This document shows, piece by piece, positions 6,770 to 13,429 of a stretch of 15,264 nt of DNA (positions are counted from its first letter, which is position 1; each line of letters starts with the position of its first letter). The notes under the pieces are model-generated. The model was not told the origin of the DNA. It saw only the letters and a program-made list of their open reading frames with translations, and searched no databases. The DNA comes from a virus (lineage: Duplodnaviria; Heunggongvirae; Uroviricota; Caudoviricetes), in IMG/VR virus record IMGVR_UViG_2645727868_000018; one strand, given 5' to 3'. The translations under genes and the position numbers were made by a program.

Positions 6770-6798
6770 ACTTTACAATTTGTATTTGTAATGGTCAA
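6770..6798 (-). promoter_or_regulatory. Candidate leftward early promoter (pL-like) with embedded operator motif
   Basis: On the minus strand: -35 TTGACC (rc of 6793-6798), 17-bp spacer ATTACAAATACAAATTG, -10 TAAAGT (rc of 6770-6775). The spacer and flank carry the same ATTTGTA-type motif as the cI/cro operator region (ATAATTTGTA also at 6811-6820). Confidence 0.4.
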
Positions 6799-6916
6799 TG
6801 TGTTTTTAAAAAATAATTTGTAGTGAGGGGCAAAAAAATATTCACTGTGTAAAGGTGTTTTTGTGTTAGGGGAAAGTTGCATGCCAGCAGCGGCTGGCCT
6901 GGAAATTTGAACTGAA

Positions 6917-7345
6917 CTATTTTGTCTGGTTTTTGGCTTCAAGTAGTTCTTTTAGCAGTAGATCGAAGTGCTCTCTTTTTTCTTTTAGCTCATTGATTAA
7001 TTTATTTTTTTCGCTCTCAGGCAGTCCTCTGAATAGTTGCAGTAGAGCCTGTTCTTGCGGGGTTAGTTCTTGATTGTAATTACCCGGGTGTAGTGTGGAT
7101 TCATCCAAATATTCCCCTTCATTCATGAAGAAAAAATGAACAGGGTATCCGGTCACTTTTGCTAGCTTGTCTAATTTATCTTTTCTTGGAGTTACCCCAT
7201 TACACCATGCCTGAACTGATTGAGCCGTAACCCCAATATGGCGAGCTAACTCAGATTGAGACCAGCCTAAGTCTTTTAGAATCCGTTGTAGTCGGCTAGC
7301 AAAAGCCATGTTTTTCGTTTTTGTGTTCATACCGTAAGGATACAA
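6917..7345 (-). CDS. Phage repressor, XRE-family HTH, without S24 peptidase domain (CI/RacR-like)
   Basis: 142-aa ORF divergent from the cro-like gene. HTH motif ...LGWSQSELARHIGVTAQSVQAWCNG... in the N-terminal part; the C-terminal ~60 aa is a charged coiled coil with no Ser/Lys autopeptidase motifs. Start uncertain (Met at 7345, 7330 or 7309); the transcript may be leaderless. Confidence 0.8.
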   Translation of the reverse strand: MYPYGMNTKTKNMAFASRLQRILKDLGWSQSELARHIGVTAQSVQAWCNGVTPRKDKLDKLAKVTGYPVHFFFMNEGEYLDESTLHPGNYNQELTPQEQALLQLFRGLPESEKNKLINELKEKREHFDLLLKELLEAKNQTK

Positions 7346-7428
7346 GGTTTAATTGTAGGGAGCATTGCAAATATAATTTGTAATTACAGTTATTGTTTGT
7401 AATGATGACGCGGACACAAGGAGTCCAT
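7346..7428. promoter_or_regulatory. Divergent immunity promoter/operator region (pRM-like leftward, pR-like rightward)
   Basis: Near-palindromes ATTGCAAAT-ATA-ATTTGTAAT (7364-7384) and ATTACA-N9-TGTAAT (7383-7403). Consensus -10 TATAAT at 7372-7377 on the plus strand; TACAAT (rc of 7352-7357) lies about 7 nt before the repressor ATG on the minus strand. Confidence 0.5.
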
Positions 7429-7659
7429 ATGGATAAACAACTGCAAGACAAAATTCTTTCCGTAATGAGTCAATCCGAGTTAGGGCGGCGATTAGGGAAA
7501 AAACCACAAACGGTAAGCCTCTGGTTCAAAGGACGGGTTCCCGGTGAAGAGGTTTTGCGCACATCTGAAGCTCTTGAATGGCGCGTGACCCCTCATGATC
7601 TTAGACCGGATCTTTACCCAAACCCAGATGACAGCTTGCCTAAAACGGAAGCAGCTTAA
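7429..7659 (+). CDS. Cro-like regulator (YdaS/Cro family HTH)
   Basis: Start placed at the ATG at 7429 with SD AAGGAG 7 nt upstream (the ORF track offers 7393). The translation MDKQLQDKILSVMSQSELGRRLGKKPQTVSLWFKGRVP...DLRPDLYP shows the HTH and the LRPD motif shared with Rac YdaS-type Cro proteins. Confidence 0.75.
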   Translation: MDKQLQDKILSVMSQSELGRRLGKKPQTVSLWFKGRVPGEEVLRTSEALEWRVTPHDLRPDLYPNPDDSLPKTEAA

Positions 7660-7717
7660 CTGTTGGTGAGCCCCAAATCTGATTAAGCGTAATCAATTTT
7701 TAGCGACAGGAGACGCT

Positions 7718-8194
7718 ATGGAAAACCAAGAGGAATTACAAAAAGAGATTTTGACCTGGGCGGCAAGGGCAGGGCAGGAACTCGTCACGATTGAAATCTG
7801 CCGGGCCTGGTTCAGTCAGGGACGCAATGATGAGTTGAGACTACATGAATTTGAGGACGCGGACGGCAACGTGGACTGGAGAGCCATCAACAACAATCGG
7901 CAGAAAATCTTTCGCTGGTTACGTGGCGAGACAACGGCGGCGCGCCGAAAAACTCAGGTGCTGGCCAGTGTGATGAAAGCCGTGCTACCCGCAGAACGGC
8001 GGGCACGTCTGGAGTCGCCGGGCGATCCCGTTTTGCTGGCAACGCTGGCGGCAAAAGAAGGGGTGGAAGCGATTAACGCTGTACATCTCCACTTCGCGCC
8101 AGAGTTAACTATTCAGGAAATTGACGAAGCAATAGCGGCGCTGGTAGCGACGCGAGGAGCAGTGATACGCACTGCGCAAGACCACCATGCATGA
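7718..8194 (+). CDS. CII-like early regulatory protein (YdaT/CP76-like), tentative
   Basis: 158-aa ORF with SD AGGAG, immediately downstream of cro as in the Rac ydaS-ydaT and lambda cro-cII arrangements. The family call rests on synteny and general resemblance only. Confidence 0.45.
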   Translation: MENQEELQKEILTWAARAGQELVTIEICRAWFSQGRNDELRLHEFEDADGNVDWRAINNNRQKIFRWLRGETTAARRKTQVLASVMKAVLPAERRARLESPGDPVLLATLAAKEGVEAINAVHLHFAPELTIQEIDEAIAALVATRGAVIRTAQDHHA

Positions 8195-8233
8195 GCGCCT
8201 GACCAGCGTTTAACTTATACCGAGGAAAGACCG

Positions 8234-8458
8234 ATGTTAAGACATATTGACCGCATTACCTGGCGTAACGGCTGGCACCTGAATGGACGCCCGGCACATG
8301 TTGCAGAGATCCGCCCCATATTCGATGGCCGCGTCGCAGCTGCACGTTCTGTATGGGAAAAGTACGAAGAAGAAAAAGCGAAACTGCGTGAGCAAAATCT
8401 CTCTGGCGCTGCCTATGAGGCTGGCTGTCGCGTTCTCTCAGAGGCTTTGGGCATATGA
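8234..8458 (+). CDS. Hypothetical protein (74 aa)
   Basis: Preceded by the conserved motif GAGGAAAGACC-G-ATG. Its stop overlaps the next start (ATGA), consistent with translational coupling to the replication gene. Confidence 0.45.
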   Translation: MLRHIDRITWRNGWHLNGRPAHVAEIRPIFDGRVAAARSVWEKYEEEKAKLREQNLSGAAYEAGCRVLSEALGI

Positions 8459-9210
8459 ACATCCTCCCGTTACTTGATAGACCCATAGCCTTCCAGAGAA
8501 GTTTTATCCGTCTTGAAATGGGCGTGACTGCCGCATTGTTTCTGTCGCAGTTGACGTACTGGACAAACAGAACAACTGACGACGGCTGGGTATATAAAAC
8601 CCAGGATGAGTGGGAAGAGGAAACAGGGCTTTCACGATACGAGCAGGAGGGCGCGCGCAAAAAACTACGTGGTCTCGGCGTCTTGCTGGAACGTAAACAG
8701 GGCTTGCCTGCCAGGCTGTACTACAAAATCGATAATGATGTGTTGTGCCAGCTACTTACGTCCGCATACAAGGATGCGGAAAAACCACATACAGGTGAGG
8801 GGAAAACCACCAGGCCTGTACGTGGAAAACCAACAAACATTCTTACAGAGAATACTACAGAGATTATTACTGATGGTGAATCGGCTGACGCCGACACCCA
8901 ACAACCTGCCGACCAGAGAATAAATTATCAGGTGATACTCGATACCTATCACGAGATTTTGCCAGAGATGCCACCAGTGAAAATCCTCACTGACGGCAGA
9001 AAAAAACACCTTCGCACTTTCTGGAAAAAATTCAATTTCAATGAGTCCCGTTGGCGGGCCTATCTGGAATTTATCGGTGGCAATTGTCGCTGGATGCTGG
9101 AGGACAGGCCAAATGGCAGGGGAGGATTCTGGCGGCGTAAAAATCTTGATTATCTGATTACCGAACGCTGCTATGTTTCGGTCAAGGAAGAACGCGCAAA
9201 TGATAAATAA
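8455..9210 (+). CDS. Phage replication initiation protein / replisome organizer (lambda O, P22 gp18 functional analog)
   Basis: 251-aa ORF. N-terminal winged-helix-like region (...TQDEWEEETGLSRYEQEGARKKLRGLGVLLERKQG...), central linker encoded by iteron-like DNA, conserved C-terminal region (...RWRAYLEFIGGNCRWMLEDRPNGRGGFWRRKNLDYLI...). Lies immediately upstream of and overlaps a DnaB-family helicase gene. Confidence 0.65.
   Translation: MNILPLLDRPIAFQRSFIRLEMGVTAALFLSQLTYWTNRTTDDGWVYKTQDEWEEETGLSRYEQEGARKKLRGLGVLLERKQGLPARLYYKIDNDVLCQLLTSAYKDAEKPHTGEGKTTRPVRGKPTNILTENTTEIITDGESADADTQQPADQRINYQVILDTYHEILPEMPPVKILTDGRKKHLRTFWKKFNFNESRWRAYLEFIGGNCRWMLEDRPNGRGGFWRRKNLDYLITERCYVSVKEERANDK
8778..8875. 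repeat. Candidate replication origin: three iteron-like direct repeats GGAAAA(A)CCA(C/A)CA at 23-bp spacing followed by an AT-rich tract, inside the replication initiator gene
   Basis: Seen in sequence: repeats at 8778-8789, 8801-8812 and 8824-8835, then the AT-rich stretch ACAAACATTCTTACAGAGAATACTACAGAGATTATTAC. Lambda-type origins sit within the O gene linker in the same way. Confidence 0.35.
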
Positions 9211-10615
9211 CGCGATTGCACTGTACAGCGTTGACGCAGAACAGGCTGTTCTGGGCTGTCTGATGCTGAATACCGACCACGACAGAACCAATGCGGTATT
9301 TGCGTTACTGAAACCGGAAACGTTTTATATCAATGCGCATCAGGTTATCTACCGGGAGATCAAAGGATTATTTCAAGCTGATAAACCAACTGACCTGATA
9401 ACACTGACCGAACTGATGGAATCGAAGGGGCTGTATGAGCGCGTGGGGGGATTCGCATACCTGGCTGAAATGAGTAAGGCGGCGATTCCGGCCTCAATGG
9501 TCAACTACGCGAAAATTGTACGTGAAAAAGCCATTCTTCGTTATGCCGTGGAAAAGTTGAATTCTTGTCTGGAGATTATGATCCAGCCTGCAGATATGAC
9601 TGCTACTGACAGGATCACCGCCGTTCAGCAAGTGATTGGGCAGGTGGCCGAACATTCCCGTACCGGGCATAAGGGCGGTTTGCGTCCGGCAAGTGAAGTC
9701 GTCGATGACTGGATAGATGACCTTGAGCGCCGTTTCAATGATCCAGCACATGCAGCCGGACTAACGCTCGGAATCGAAAGCCTTGATCGCTTAATGGCAC
9801 CAAAGCAGGCGTTAAGAGGTTCATTGGTCGTTATTGGTGCCCGGCCAAAAATGGGCAAGACAGCCGCGTTTAATAAAATTGCGGTGCATTTTGCTCTGAA
9901 TCATCGTTTGCCGACGCTGGTATTTAGCCTGGAAATGACTGACAGAAGTCTCATTGAACGCATGGTTGCGCAGGAAGCAAAGGTCAATTCGGAGATTTTT
10001 TATCTTGGCCCTAACGATGAATCTGAATTGAGTCTCGCAATAGCAAAGGCGGGGGAGATTGCCGAATCCAACATGATGATTGACAGCACGGCAGGTGTAA
10101 CCCTTGCGCATATTGTCGCTGAATGTCGAAAAGTTAAACGGATGCGTGGCTCGGTTGGCCTGGTGGCAATTGACTATTTGACGCTGATGAAGACCGAATC
10201 GGCAGAGCGTAGGGATATTGCGTATGGCGATATCACAACCGGTTTGAAGAACCTGGCAAAAGAGCTGGATTGTGTTGTGGTCCTGCTGACGCAACTCAAC
10301 CGAAAGCTTGAAGAACGTGCCGATAAGCGGCCTAACCCGAGCGACAGTAAAGATACCGGGCAGATCGAACAAGATTGCGATGTCTGGATTGGCCTCTATC
10401 GTGATGCTGTTTATAACGAAAATGCCGACCCAAATCTCATGGAAATGTTGCTACGTCTGAACCGCGAAGGACCATCGGGAACAGCCTATGCCCTGATGAA
10501 AAATGGCTCAGTTATTGATATCAGCGATGAGGAGGTTTATCGCCTTACCAACGACCGCTCAGAAAAAAATAAACGTTATTCCCGTAGCGATAATTCTCGC
10601 ACAAATGAATTTTAA
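9200..10615 (+). CDS. DnaB-family replicative DNA helicase (phage-encoded, P22 gp12-like)
   Basis: Collinear similarity to E. coli DnaB recalled from memory: SVDAEQAVLGCLML vs SIEAEQSVLGGLML, ITLTELMESKGLYERVGGFAYLAEMSK, Walker A GARPKMGKT, LVFSLEM, VAIDYLTLM, LLTQLNRKLEERADKRPNPSDSKDTGQIEQD. Start taken at ATG 9200 (MINNAIALYS...); the ORF track offers 9173. Confidence 0.9.
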   Translation: MINNAIALYSVDAEQAVLGCLMLNTDHDRTNAVFALLKPETFYINAHQVIYREIKGLFQADKPTDLITLTELMESKGLYERVGGFAYLAEMSKAAIPASMVNYAKIVREKAILRYAVEKLNSCLEIMIQPADMTATDRITAVQQVIGQVAEHSRTGHKGGLRPASEVVDDWIDDLERRFNDPAHAAGLTLGIESLDRLMAPKQALRGSLVVIGARPKMGKTAAFNKIAVHFALNHRLPTLVFSLEMTDRSLIERMVAQEAKVNSEIFYLGPNDESELSLAIAKAGEIAESNMMIDSTAGVTLAHIVAECRKVKRMRGSVGLVAIDYLTLMKTESAERRDIAYGDITTGLKNLAKELDCVVVLLTQLNRKLEERADKRPNPSDSKDTGQIEQDCDVWIGLYRDAVYNENADPNLMEMLLRLNREGPSGTAYALMKNGSVIDISDEEVYRLTNDRSEKNKRYSRSDNSRTNEF

Positions 10616-10653
10616 CCACGCCTGACCAGCGTGAAATAACCGAGGAAAGACCA

Positions 10654-11064
10654 ATGACCACCACTCCAGGCAAATTAGAGTACCCGTCGGACAAAGGACA
10701 CATAGACGACGGTAAAAACTATCTCGACGTCATTTTGTGGAATATGAACGTCGGGCCACGTGCGCGCACTCGCGCGGTTTTTGTGCCAAGACCTAAAGCA
10801 GGCAATTTTTCAACCCCTGCTAAGCCTGCCCGTCAGGCATCCGTAGCCGCAGCGCCAGCAGTGAAACGTAAGGGCAAAACGCACACCGGGATCGCGATTC
10901 GCAGAAATGGTGAGCGGCAAGTGAAACTCCACGAAACAGCGACAACCTGGTGTGCCTCACCGCATGAAACTTACGACAAGATAACCGGGCAGCGCATTGG
11001 CGCGCCTGGTCGCTGCCGCCTGCTGCTGAGTTCCATCACTCCGATAGCAAAGAAAGGGGCGTGA
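10654..11064 (+). CDS. Hypothetical protein (136 aa), basic and Pro/Ala-rich
   Basis: Preceded by the conserved junction cassette CGCCTGACCAGCG-N9-GAGGAAAGACC-A-ATG; no recognisable family. Confidence 0.5.
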   Translation: MTTTPGKLEYPSDKGHIDDGKNYLDVILWNMNVGPRARTRAVFVPRPKAGNFSTPAKPARQASVAAAPAVKRKGKTHTGIAIRRNGERQVKLHETATTWCASPHETYDKITGQRIGAPGRCRLLLSSITPIAKKGA

Positions 11065-11065
11065 T

Positions 11066-11302
11066 ATGGCCGGGCAATCAGATTACCTGCCGCCCGGCTT
11101 ACCACACAACCGCGCCAAATGGCCCCAGGAATACCAGCTTAAAGAGCACTACGACATGCGAGCGGCGGCGCTGATCCGCCAACTCTTTGAGAAACGTATT
11201 CCGAGGGGAAGCGTGATTGAGCAAATCGGAATGACGCCAGATACGTACCGGGAATTTTTCAGAGAGCGTCTGAACTACTGGAGAGGGGTGATGGAACAAT
11301 GA
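11066..11302 (+). CDS. Hypothetical protein (78 aa)
   Basis: Starts 1 nt after the preceding stop and overlaps the next start (ATGA); sits in the position of a lambdoid nin-region small gene. Confidence 0.4.
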   Translation: MAGQSDYLPPGLPHNRAKWPQEYQLKEHYDMRAAALIRQLFEKRIPRGSVIEQIGMTPDTYREFFRERLNYWRGVMEQ

Positions 11303-11610
11303 AATACAAACGGTGGGTGCGTGCGGAAGTCGTAATCATCAAACAATGTGCGGGCAGCATGACAGTTGAACGTATAGGGCAGCTTATTGGCAGAACCGGT
11401 GCAGCGGTACGCACAAAAGCGCGCGAGCTGAAAATCTGTATGTATCTGCGGGGTAATTATCACCAGTCAGTGAAATACCTCCAGGAAGATATCGAGCTGG
11501 CAAGGGAATTACATCAGTCGGGTATTAATCGCCAGGATATCGCAGAAAAACTCGAAATGCCGATCGGAGCGGTGAATCAGTTTGTTTATTTTGAGCGGAG
11601 AATTTCATGA
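11299..11610 (+). CDS. Hypothetical protein (103 aa) with two HTH-like segments
   Basis: Segments MTVERIGQLIGRTGAAVRTKAREL and INRQDIAEKLEMPIGAVNQFV look like helix-turn-helix motifs. Start and stop both overlap the neighbouring genes (ATGA). Confidence 0.4.
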   Translation: MKYKRWVRAEVVIIKQCAGSMTVERIGQLIGRTGAAVRTKARELKICMYLRGNYHQSVKYLQEDIELARELHQSGINRQDIAEKLEMPIGAVNQFVYFERRIS

Positions 11611-11831
11611 AAGAACTTTTTCTTGCATTTGTGCCCCGGTTTATTAATGACCAGATCGCACTGACTGATAATGGTGAACAATATGAAATTGCCTGCAGCA
11701 TGGTGGATGTGAATCCTGGCGAACGGTATGACGCGATGTGTGACCTGAAAATATTTACCTGGCTGGGTTGGGCTATTCCGTGTGGAGAACCAACCAATAT
11801 TCGTCCGTTTGAGAGCAGGGAGGCTGTATGA
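11607..11831 (+). CDS. Hypothetical protein (74 aa)
   Basis: ORF translationally coupled to its upstream neighbour; no family recognised. Confidence 0.4.
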   Translation: MKELFLAFVPRFINDQIALTDNGEQYEIACSMVDVNPGERYDAMCDLKIFTWLGWAIPCGEPTNIRPFESREAV

Positions 11832-12018
11832 GTGAATTGAAAATACGTCGCAAGGCAATAGCACGCGTTAAAAATCTATTACCAGTGCCTGTCAAATATC
11901 GTTTTTGTGGTGGGAATGTACGGATTGGTACGGATGTATGGTGATTGCGGAGTGACGTAAAACGAATCGTTGTGGGTGTAATATCGTCAATATCATTGGT
12001 TTCCCGGAGGGAAAGGAC

Positions 12019-12240
12019 ATGTTTGGCGATAAACTGGAGTTACCACGGAACGGGCGGATAGTGCTCTATATTTCAGATTACAAAGTAACCCGGGCTGAGG
12101 TGTTGGAACCGGAAAAACATCTGGTCACGTTACCGGACATTATTGAGTTGTATAAGCGGGTCGGATATGTGGACTTGCATCGCGATGATGTTCCCGTTGA
12201 GTGTATGGAATGTGAACACCGGAGGTTTGAAGTTGATTGA
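12019..12240 (+). CDS. Hypothetical protein (73 aa)
   Basis: SD GGAGGG 8 nt upstream of the ATG; contains the Cys/His cluster CMECEHRR; no family recognised. Confidence 0.4.
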   Translation: MFGDKLELPRNGRIVLYISDYKVTRAEVLEPEKHLVTLPDIIELYKRVGYVDLHRDDVPVECMECEHRRFEVD

Positions 12241-12241
12241 A

Positions 12242-12270
12242 TTGACTTAGAAAAAGTCCGGGGCTATAGT
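12242..12270 (+). promoter_or_regulatory. Near-consensus sigma70 promoter (TTGACT, 17 bp, TATAGT) upstream of the antirepressor leader
   Basis: Seen in sequence: -35 TTGACT at 12242-12247, 17-bp spacer, -10 TATAGT at 12265-12270. Located directly after the stop of the 73-aa ORF. Confidence 0.5.
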
Positions 12271-12330
12271 TTCCGCGCAGCCGCAAAATCGGTTGCCGGG
12301 ATTGGCGTCCCGGATATCTAAGTGACGCAT

Positions 12331-12351
12331 AGCCGCGTTAGCGGTTTTTTT
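12331..12351 (+). terminator. Short intrinsic terminator or attenuator (6-bp stem with one G-U pair, 4-nt loop, U7) about 75 nt downstream of the promoter
   Basis: AGCCGC-GTTA-GCGGTT followed by TTTTT (T-run 12345-12351). Preceded by a perfect hairpin CCGGGA-TTGGCG-TCCCGG at 12296-12313. Together with the promoter this defines a short transcript or a leader attenuator about 160 nt ahead of the antirepressor start. Confidence 0.4.
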
Positions 12352-12512
12352 ATGTGTTAGGCACGGCCACATTCGCATTATGGTGGGCTGTGTGGGGGCT
12401 TCTGTGGAAGCGCCGGGTTCACTTAGCCGGTTACGCCAACCCTGCACAGCTCACCACCAGATGATTGGCGTCGCTGGTGGTGATGAAAAAAACACTAAGT
12501 GAGGCCACTGCG

Positions 12513-13301
12513 ATGACAGTCCAAATATCTGCGGAATCCCTTTCTCCGCTACATCATAACCAACTTCCCGTCATCACTACTGAATTGCTTGCCAGTTTGT
12601 ATGGCACGGAAGTAAATGGTATCCAGCAAAACTTCAAGCGCAACATCGCCAGATTTGTCGTAGGAAAGCATTTTTTTAAGCTGGAAGGTAATGAATTACG
12701 CGACTTCAAAAACAGACTGACAGATAGTCAGTCAGTTGCTAAACATACCCGATCCCTCATTCTCTGGACAGAACGCGGCGCAGCTCGCCATGCCAAAATG
12801 CTGGAAACAGAACAGGCCTGGGAAGTTTTCGAAAAGCTGGAAGATTGTTATTTTAGCCAGCGTCCAGAGAGGCGGAGTACAACTACCGATGACCGTACTC
12901 CCTTGCGTGATGCCGTTAATATACTGGTCGGCAAGAAAGGCATGATGTATCCCGATGCCTACACCATGATTCATCAACGCTTCGCCGTCTCTCACATAGA
13001 ACAACTGTCACAGACGCAAATGTTAGAGGCGATTGAATACATCCACTGCCTGCTACTCGATGAAAATCACCCAACCATTCCAGATTTTTCTTTTATCACC
13101 ACTATCAAAAATGGAAAAGTGACCGGGATGCGCCATGTTGCCAAAGGCGAACATCTGATGACCTTTGACGCTTTCAAAGAGATCGCTGAGCGGGCAGGGT
13201 ATCTGGTGATCCACAGCGACAATCTGCGAAGTATGACACTGGATAAATTGATGGTAATGGGGAAAAAGTCGGCTATATCCGTTGCTAATTCAGCATTTTG
13301 A
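12513..13301 (+). CDS. Phage antirepressor-like protein with ORF6N-type N-terminal domain
   Basis: N-terminal region LPVITTELLASLYGTEVNGIQQNFKRNIARFVVGKHFFKLEGNELRDF matches the recalled ORF6N (antirepressor/Rha-like) pattern. Start placed at ATG 12513 (SD GTGAGG, 8-nt spacer); the ORF-track start at 12465 is a TTG inside a hairpin. Confidence 0.65.
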   Translation: MTVQISAESLSPLHHNQLPVITTELLASLYGTEVNGIQQNFKRNIARFVVGKHFFKLEGNELRDFKNRLTDSQSVAKHTRSLILWTERGAARHAKMLETEQAWEVFEKLEDCYFSQRPERRSTTTDDRTPLRDAVNILVGKKGMMYPDAYTMIHQRFAVSHIEQLSQTQMLEAIEYIHCLLLDENHPTIPDFSFITTIKNGKVTGMRHVAKGEHLMTFDAFKEIAERAGYLVIHSDNLRSMTLDKLMVMGKKSAISVANSAF

Positions 13302-13429
13302 CAGGTTGTTTGGGGCGGAAATACTCTATTTGCGCTTAAAAAGGTATTTGACCACGACCAGCACGAGACCGAATACCTCTGTCAAAGTACCGCCCATATA
13401 AAACAGTTACATATGCACTTGATGACTAA

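Larger units (their letters stand above)
1003..13301. mobile_element. Prophage-like integrative element (lambdoid, Rac-like immunity and replication modules) inserted next to leuZ; right boundary not identified
   Basis: Tyrosine integrase with its 3' end facing the tRNA, excisionase-like gene, phage recombination genes, repressor/Cro/CII switch, replication initiator plus DnaB-like helicase, and antirepressor. No copy of the leuZ 3' end was found downstream by eye, so attR and the true end are unresolved; the element may extend to about 15060. Confidence 0.6.

Noticed and set aside
5907-6916. N-like antiterminator gene between pL and the recombination genes
   Set aside because: No small arginine-rich ORF with an ARM motif and RBS exists in this interval on the minus strand.
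6060-6942. Overlapping short ORFs in the leader (6060..6281, 6085..6375, 6120..6341, 6232..6438, 6509..6733, 6577..6942)
   Set aside because: They overlap one another in several frames and both strands, lack SD sequences, and have implausible compositions. This is the expected pattern for GC-rich non-coding DNA, though a decayed pseudogene cannot be excluded without homology searches.
7682-7703. tR1-like terminator between cro and the CII-like gene (GATTA-AGCG-TAATC followed by AATTTTT)
   Set aside because: The stem is only 5 bp and entirely A-T or T-A, too weak to call an intrinsic terminator without experimental support.
8256-10372. Minus-strand ORFs 8256..8660, 8752..9291, 9494..9751, 9625..9858 and 9821..10372, and plus-strand ORFs 8283..8477 and 8606..8923
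   Set aside because: They are antisense to or out of frame with the strongly supported replication initiator and DnaB-like helicase genes, or lie inside the 74-aa ORF in another frame, and have no RBS.
12247-12447. 66-aa minus-strand ORF in the antirepressor leader
   Set aside because: It overlaps the promoter, hairpins and terminator on the opposite strand and has no RBS, so it is more likely non-coding.
12473-12480. Chi site GCTGGTGG as a notable recombination hotspot
   Set aside because: Only a single octamer was noticed. Chi is frequent in E. coli DNA and it sits inside a hairpin arm, so it is not evidence of a specific function here.
12241-12512. LexA (SOS) box upstream of the antirepressor
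   Set aside because: No CTGT-N8-ACAG match was found by eye; the nearest is CTGCACAG at about 12443, which lacks the spacing. Absence should be confirmed with a position weight matrix.
12732-13004. ORFs 12732..13004 (minus strand) and 12736..12945 (plus strand) inside the antirepressor gene
   Set aside because: One is antisense and the other out of frame within the antirepressor ORF, so both are shadow ORFs.
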